From Candidatus Latescibacterota bacterium (GTDB lineage: Bacteria; Latescibacterota; UBA2968; GCA-2709665), in contig OZ252100.1 in assembly GCA_965248435.1 (NCBI GenBank), positions 640,001 through 704,000 of the forward strand: a stretch of 64,000 nt of DNA, in the 5' to 3' direction. A model generated the notes under the pieces. It was given only the letters and a program-made list of their open reading frames with translations. It did not search any database and was not told the DNA's origin. The translations under genes were made by a program, and so were the position numbers. Shown one piece after another: positions 59,562 to 64,000 of the stretch (position 1 is the first letter of the stretch; each line of letters starts with the position of its first letter).

Positions 59562-61487
59562 ATGAAAAAATTCGAACGACTGTCAGACCATCTCTACCGT
59601 TTCGAAGACACGTGCAACGTCTACGTCCTGACGGACGGGGACACGGCCCTGCTTATCGACGCAGGATCGGGCGCCGTCATCGACCATCTTGGTGAGCTAG
59701 GTATCTCACGCGTGGAATGGGTCCTGCAGACCCACCACCATCGCGACCAGTGCTGGGGCGACGCAAAGCTGATCGACGGAGGTGCGGCCATCGCCGTGCC
59801 GCAGCACGAGCGGCATCTGTTCGAACAGGCCGAGCTGTTCTGGCAGACGCGCCGGACATTTGACAACTACAACGATCGCAACACGTTCTTCACGATCGGA
59901 AAGGACATTCCCGTCCAGGCTGCGCTGAACGATTACGAGTACTTTGAGTGGCGCGGCACGCGTTTCTTCGTCCTCCCTGCCAAGGGTCACACGTTAGGGT
60001 CGGTCGCACTGCTGGCAGAGGTCGACGGTCGTTTGATCGCCTTCACCGGCGATTTGATGGGCCGGGGCGGCGTGCTCTACCAGCTCCACGCCATGGAGTA
60101 CAACTATGGAGATATGATCGGCGCCCTGTTCACGCTCGAGTCGATCCAGGTGCTCAGAGATTGCCTCACCGGAGAAATCATTGCGGGCCAGAAGTTTACC
60201 GATGGGTCTTCAGACACGCCTCCCCTCCTCCTGCCCTCCCACGGTGAGACGATCGACGACCCTATCGGCGATATCAATCGCCTGGAACGAAACCTGACGG
60301 AGTTGGCGGCCCTCGGACGTGGGATGCGAATGGCAGGGCGCGAAAGCATCCCGGAGCCACTCTTCCTGCCTGAGCCCAAATTCATACAGCTTTCGGACCA
60401 CCTGCTCTGGGGTGGAGAATGGACCTGCTCCTTCTTCTATGTCCTGCTTTCCGACTCCGGAAAGGCTATGTTCATCGACTATGGCCACGGGTTTCGCGCG
60501 CACATGCACACCTTCTCCGACCACGACGGTCTGGAATCGATGCGTTTCATCGAACATCACCTGAAACAGCTCAGGAGGGACTTCGGCGTAGAGGCGTTCG
60601 ACCTGGTCGTACCGACACACATTCACGACGACCACACGTGCGGCATTCCCCACCTTCAGCGCCATTACGGGATCCGCTGCTACGCACTCGAACAGGTCGC
60701 CCAGGTCCTGGAAGACCCTGCGGCGTGGGCTTCGACCCCCTGCACCTTCCCTGTCCCCATCCGGGTCGACCGGAAACTGAAGGATGGTGATCTATTCGAA
60801 TGGGAAGAGTACACCTTCGACATCCATTTCGCGCCCGGGCAGACCGAGTATCATTCCGTTCTGGTGTCTCAGATCGACGGAAGAAGAGTCGCCTTCACGG
60901 GCGACAACTATTTCATGCACGAAGTGATGTCAGGCGGGCAGATCCAGATGAAGCCGTATCAAACCACCGTCCTGCGCAACAGTTTTCAGCTGGACATGCA
61001 CCGCCGCTGCGCGGACGTCATGCAAAAGGTGGCGCCAGAACTCATCTGTCCGGGCCACAACGGCATCTATGAATGCGACAAGAAATCGCTCGACACATAC
61101 GCCGACTTCATTCAACGCAAGGAGAGGCTGTTCAGAAATCTCGTCGCCGACCCGGCAGATCAGCACATCGATCTGTTCTGGGTTCGAATGCTGCCCTACG
61201 TATCGCAGGTCAAAGCCGGCCAGAATGCTCACTACAAACTGCTCCTGCGCAACAATTTGGAGCGCCAGGCAACATTCGAGGCGCGGCTTCTCGCGCCTAG
61301 CGGCTGGACCGCTGCGGGCGAATTCTCTTCCCTCAAACTCGAGGCAGGTGCACGCGGTCAGCTCTCACTCGAGGCGACCGCGCCTGACGACGCCGACGGA
61401 ACTCGTCGGCTCATAACAGCGGAGCTTTGTATCGACGGCAACTCTCAGGGACCTGTGGCCGAGGCGCTGATCACAGTGGTTCCCTGA
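59562..61487 (+). CDS. Tandem metallo-beta-lactamase-fold hydrolase
   Basis: Domain 1 THHHRDQ / GHT / FTGD / PSHG; domain 2 THIHDDH / PGQT / FTGD / PGH. Confidence 0.85.
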   Translation: MKKFERLSDHLYRFEDTCNVYVLTDGDTALLIDAGSGAVIDHLGELGISRVEWVLQTHHHRDQCWGDAKLIDGGAAIAVPQHERHLFEQAELFWQTRRTFDNYNDRNTFFTIGKDIPVQAALNDYEYFEWRGTRFFVLPAKGHTLGSVALLAEVDGRLIAFTGDLMGRGGVLYQLHAMEYNYGDMIGALFTLESIQVLRDCLTGEIIAGQKFTDGSSDTPPLLLPSHGETIDDPIGDINRLERNLTELAALGRGMRMAGRESIPEPLFLPEPKFIQLSDHLLWGGEWTCSFFYVLLSDSGKAMFIDYGHGFRAHMHTFSDHDGLESMRFIEHHLKQLRRDFGVEAFDLVVPTHIHDDHTCGIPHLQRHYGIRCYALEQVAQVLEDPAAWASTPCTFPVPIRVDRKLKDGDLFEWEEYTFDIHFAPGQTEYHSVLVSQIDGRRVAFTGDNYFMHEVMSGGQIQMKPYQTTVLRNSFQLDMHRRCADVMQKVAPELICPGHNGIYECDKKSLDTYADFIQRKERLFRNLVADPADQHIDLFWVRMLPYVSQVKAGQNAHYKLLLRNNLERQATFEARLLAPSGWTAAGEFSSLKLEAGARGQLSLEATAPDDADGTRRLITAELCIDGNSQGPVAEALITVVP

Positions 61488-61505
61488 TAAACGGAAGGTT
61501 AAGGC

Positions 61506-62558
61506 ATGCTGACCAAAACTCCAGATGAGCTCCGTCAGATTACGAAGGGGATCCTCATCGCTGTCGGGACGCCTGAAGACTGCGCGGAGGTAGTTACCGA
61601 AATCCTCGTCGGCTCGCACCTGGCCGGACACGACTCCCACGGGATCCAGCACTTGCCGCGCTACGTCAAGGAAGTACAGGCCGGCGACATCGTGCCCGAC
61701 GCCCGTCCCGAGATCGTCTCGGAGGCGGCCGGCACTACCCTCGTGCGTGGAAACTGGGCCTGGGGCCACTTCACGGCCGACTTCATCACGCGCCTCGGGA
61801 TCCGGAAAGCTCGAGAAAACGGGATCGCCCTGATCAGCACCGTAGAGGTGAACCATATCGGCCGGTTGGGCCACTACATGGAGCACGCGGCCGCGGAAGG
61901 AATCACTACCCTGCTCGTTTCCGGCGGCCACTCCGTGGAATCACAATCAGCCGCTCCGTACGGAGGCCGCAAGGCCGTTCTGTCCCCCAATCCCATCGCG
62001 ATTGGGTTTCCGGCGGCGAAGGGTTCGCCCGTAGTCCTCGATATCGCGACGACACAGGTCGCACACGGCAAGGTCGCGCTGGCCCAAGCCAAGGGTGAAC
62101 AGATTCCCCTGGGCTGGATCATCGACAAAGATGGCAACCCGACAACAAATCCAAACGACATCGATATCTACAAACAAGAGGGCGCCCTCCTGCCATTTGG
62201 CGAGCACAAAGGGTTTGGGTTCATGGTCGCGGTGGAGATCCTCGGCAGGATCCTTTCGGGCTCAGATGCCTATGCGGACACGCCCCACGGCGGCACCTAT
62301 TTCCGTCACGCGGGCGCGAGTCTGATCGCGATCGACAGCGGCGTATTCTCCTCTCTCGGAGAATTCGCTGAACGCACCGAAGAACTCGTCCGACGCATTC
62401 ATGCCGTCCCGCCCGCACCTGGATTTGAGGAAGTGATGGCACCGGGAGATATTGAACTTCGGACCCGGGCAGAACGACTCAAGTCGGGTGTTCAAATCCC
62501 CGAATCCACGTGGGATGAGGTGGTCCAGACCGCAGAATCGCTCGGAGTGAGCCTGTGA
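61506..62558 (+). CDS. Ldh_2 family (malate/L-sulfolactate/ureidoglycolate-type) dehydrogenase
   Basis: GHDSHG, NHIGRLG.Y, NPIA, DIAT, LLPFG.HKG. Confidence 0.9.
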   Translation: MLTKTPDELRQITKGILIAVGTPEDCAEVVTEILVGSHLAGHDSHGIQHLPRYVKEVQAGDIVPDARPEIVSEAAGTTLVRGNWAWGHFTADFITRLGIRKARENGIALISTVEVNHIGRLGHYMEHAAAEGITTLLVSGGHSVESQSAAPYGGRKAVLSPNPIAIGFPAAKGSPVVLDIATTQVAHGKVALAQAKGEQIPLGWIIDKDGNPTTNPNDIDIYKQEGALLPFGEHKGFGFMVAVEILGRILSGSDAYADTPHGGTYFRHAGASLIAIDSGVFSSLGEFAERTEELVRRIHAVPPAPGFEEVMAPGDIELRTRAERLKSGVQIPESTWDEVVQTAESLGVSL

Positions 62559-62577
62559 CATCAAACCCGCCTTGCAC

Positions 62578-62656
62578 GACCACAGACCGCGGACCGCTCA
62601 AACCCTTAGCAACAAGTGTGTTCTACCTGGCGGTCTGCTGTCCGTCGTCCGCGGTC
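62578..62656. repeat. Heptamer-periodic inverted repeat (GACCRCR family), copy 4
   Basis: GACCACA GACCGCG GACCGCT ... GGCGGTC TGCTGTC CGTCGTC CGCGGTC. Confidence 0.75.
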
Positions 62657-62916
62657 CTGTGCAGCGAATCTCGTGCATCGTCTTAAGCCTAAAGTAATTA
62701 ACAGGTTATTCCGATAGGACGATATGGACCACATAATTTCTATGGCTTGAACGATCAGATAGGATAACTTCCTTGATCCAGAACAGAAAAGCCGAAGGCG
62801 GGTGGAATGACACGGGCGGTTATCGCCGCCCGGACGACATCGAATCGAACGCGTAGCGTTTTTACCCTCAGACCTTTCATTTACCGATCTTCGATTCGCC
62901 GTCGCAGGAGAAACCC

Positions 62917-64000
62917 ATGTCAGACCTGATTCAAGTCTACGATTCCACGCTTCGTGACGGGGCCCAGGCCGAAGGTATTTCATTTTCATCAGATGATAAG
63001 TTGATGATCGCCAGACGGCTGGATGATCTAGGCGTGCACTATATCGAAGGTGGCTGGCCGAACCCGACGAACCCCAAGGACCTCGAATTCTACGACCTGG
63101 CCAAGGATCTGTCTTTGAAGCAGGCCAGGATCACAGCATTCGGAAGTACTCGCCGTCCGACCAATCCGCCGGAAGAGGATGCCATCCTCAACACGCTGCT
63201 CAAAGCCGGCACAGAAATTATCACCATCTTCGGCAAGAGCTGGGAACTCCACGTTACCGAGACGCTGCGCACGAGCCTCCCAGAGAACCTGAAGGTCATC
63301 CAGGATTCCGTGGCCTATCTCGTGGACAACGGAAAAGAGGTGATCTACGACGCCGAGCATTTCTTCGACGGGTACAAAGCAGATTCCGGCTACGCCCTGG
63401 ACACCTTGCAGGCAGCGCAGGAGGGAGGCGCTTTGATCCTTGTGCTTTGCGATACGAATGGCGGGACCCTGCCTTCCGAGCTTGGGGGTATCATCGACGA
63501 GGTCAGAGGGAAAATCAAGCTGCCGTTCGGGATCCACACGCACAACGATTCAGGAATGGGCGTTGCCGCCACGATCACGGCTGTGGAGCGCGGGGCAGTG
63601 CAGGTGCAGGGTACCTTCAACGGCTACGGCGAACGATGTGGAAATGCGAACCTCTCCGCAGTCCTTCCGAACCTCGAGCTAAAGATGAACAAGCGGTGCA
63701 TCGGCCCCGAAAACCTGTCGAAGTTGATGGACTTTTCACGCTTCCTGAGTGAAGTTGCGAACGTCTATCACGATCACCGGCAGCCGTTCGTTGGCGAGAG
63801 TGCCTTTGCGCACAAGGGCGGGGTCCACATCGACGCGATGATAAAACATCCGGCCTCTTACGAACACTGTGACCCTGAAGTCGTAGGAAACCGGCGGCGG
63901 TTTCTGCTTTCGGAGCAGTCCGGGGCGGCGACCGTAACGGCCAAACTGGAACACCTCATCCCGGGACTGGACAAACGCGACCCTACTGTCGTCAAGCTGC
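62917..64000 (+). CDS. cimA: Citramalate synthase, 3'-truncated by window end (not in ORF track)
   Basis: MSDLIQVYDSTLRDGAQAEG, YIEGGWP, AFGSTRR, GKSW, YDAEHFFDG, CDTNGG, GIHTHND, GERCGNAN, HKGGVH; RBS AGGAG. Confidence 0.9.
   Translation, partial: MSDLIQVYDSTLRDGAQAEGISFSSDDKLMIARRLDDLGVHYIEGGWPNPTNPKDLEFYDLAKDLSLKQARITAFGSTRRPTNPPEEDAILNTLLKAGTEIITIFGKSWELHVTETLRTSLPENLKVIQDSVAYLVDNGKEVIYDAEHFFDGYKADSGYALDTLQAAQEGGALILVLCDTNGGTLPSELGGIIDEVRGKIKLPFGIHTHNDSGMGVAATITAVERGAVQVQGTFNGYGERCGNANLSAVLPNLELKMNKRCIGPENLSKLMDFSRFLSEVANVYHDHRQPFVGESAFAHKGGVHIDAMIKHPASYEHCDPEVVGNRRRFLLSEQSGAATVTAKLEHLIPGLDKRDPTVVKL

Overview
64 kb of GC-rich bacterial chromosome. Gene content (PorX-like regulator next to tsaE, long-form IspG, several PhyH/sialidase/MBL genes) suggests an FCB-group organism, possibly Ca. 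Latescibacterota; this is inference. Left to right: TIM-barrel isomerase, nucleoside deoxyribosyltransferase, an intact IS30-family element, a KamA-family radical SAM aminomutase, UPF0182-murQ, a ClpX-like ATPase divergent from a cNMP-binding protein/rqcH pair, and a minus-strand run (flippase-like protein, histidine kinase, PorX-like regulator, tsaE, OM beta-barrel, heme-oxygenase-like diiron enzyme). Next come rpsU-cvpA-mutS2-ispG-dnaG-tRNA-Ile(CAT) without rpoD, and an accessory block with a broken spermidine-synthase-like gene and a self-contained dnaE2 / catalytically dead Y-polymerase / DUF72 mutagenesis cassette with a candidate SOS operator. Then a duplicated Ni/Co transporter, sucAB-lpdA, and an attenuator-led ilvN-ilvC-leuACDB operon lacking ilvB. 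A 12 kb catabolic block and a 3'-truncated cimA close the window. Intergenic spaces carry several families of 7/8-mer periodic hairpins and REP-like palindromes that often sit at junctions between gene blocks. No CRISPR array, rRNA, integrase or prophage was seen. All calls come from reading motifs; no database search was run.
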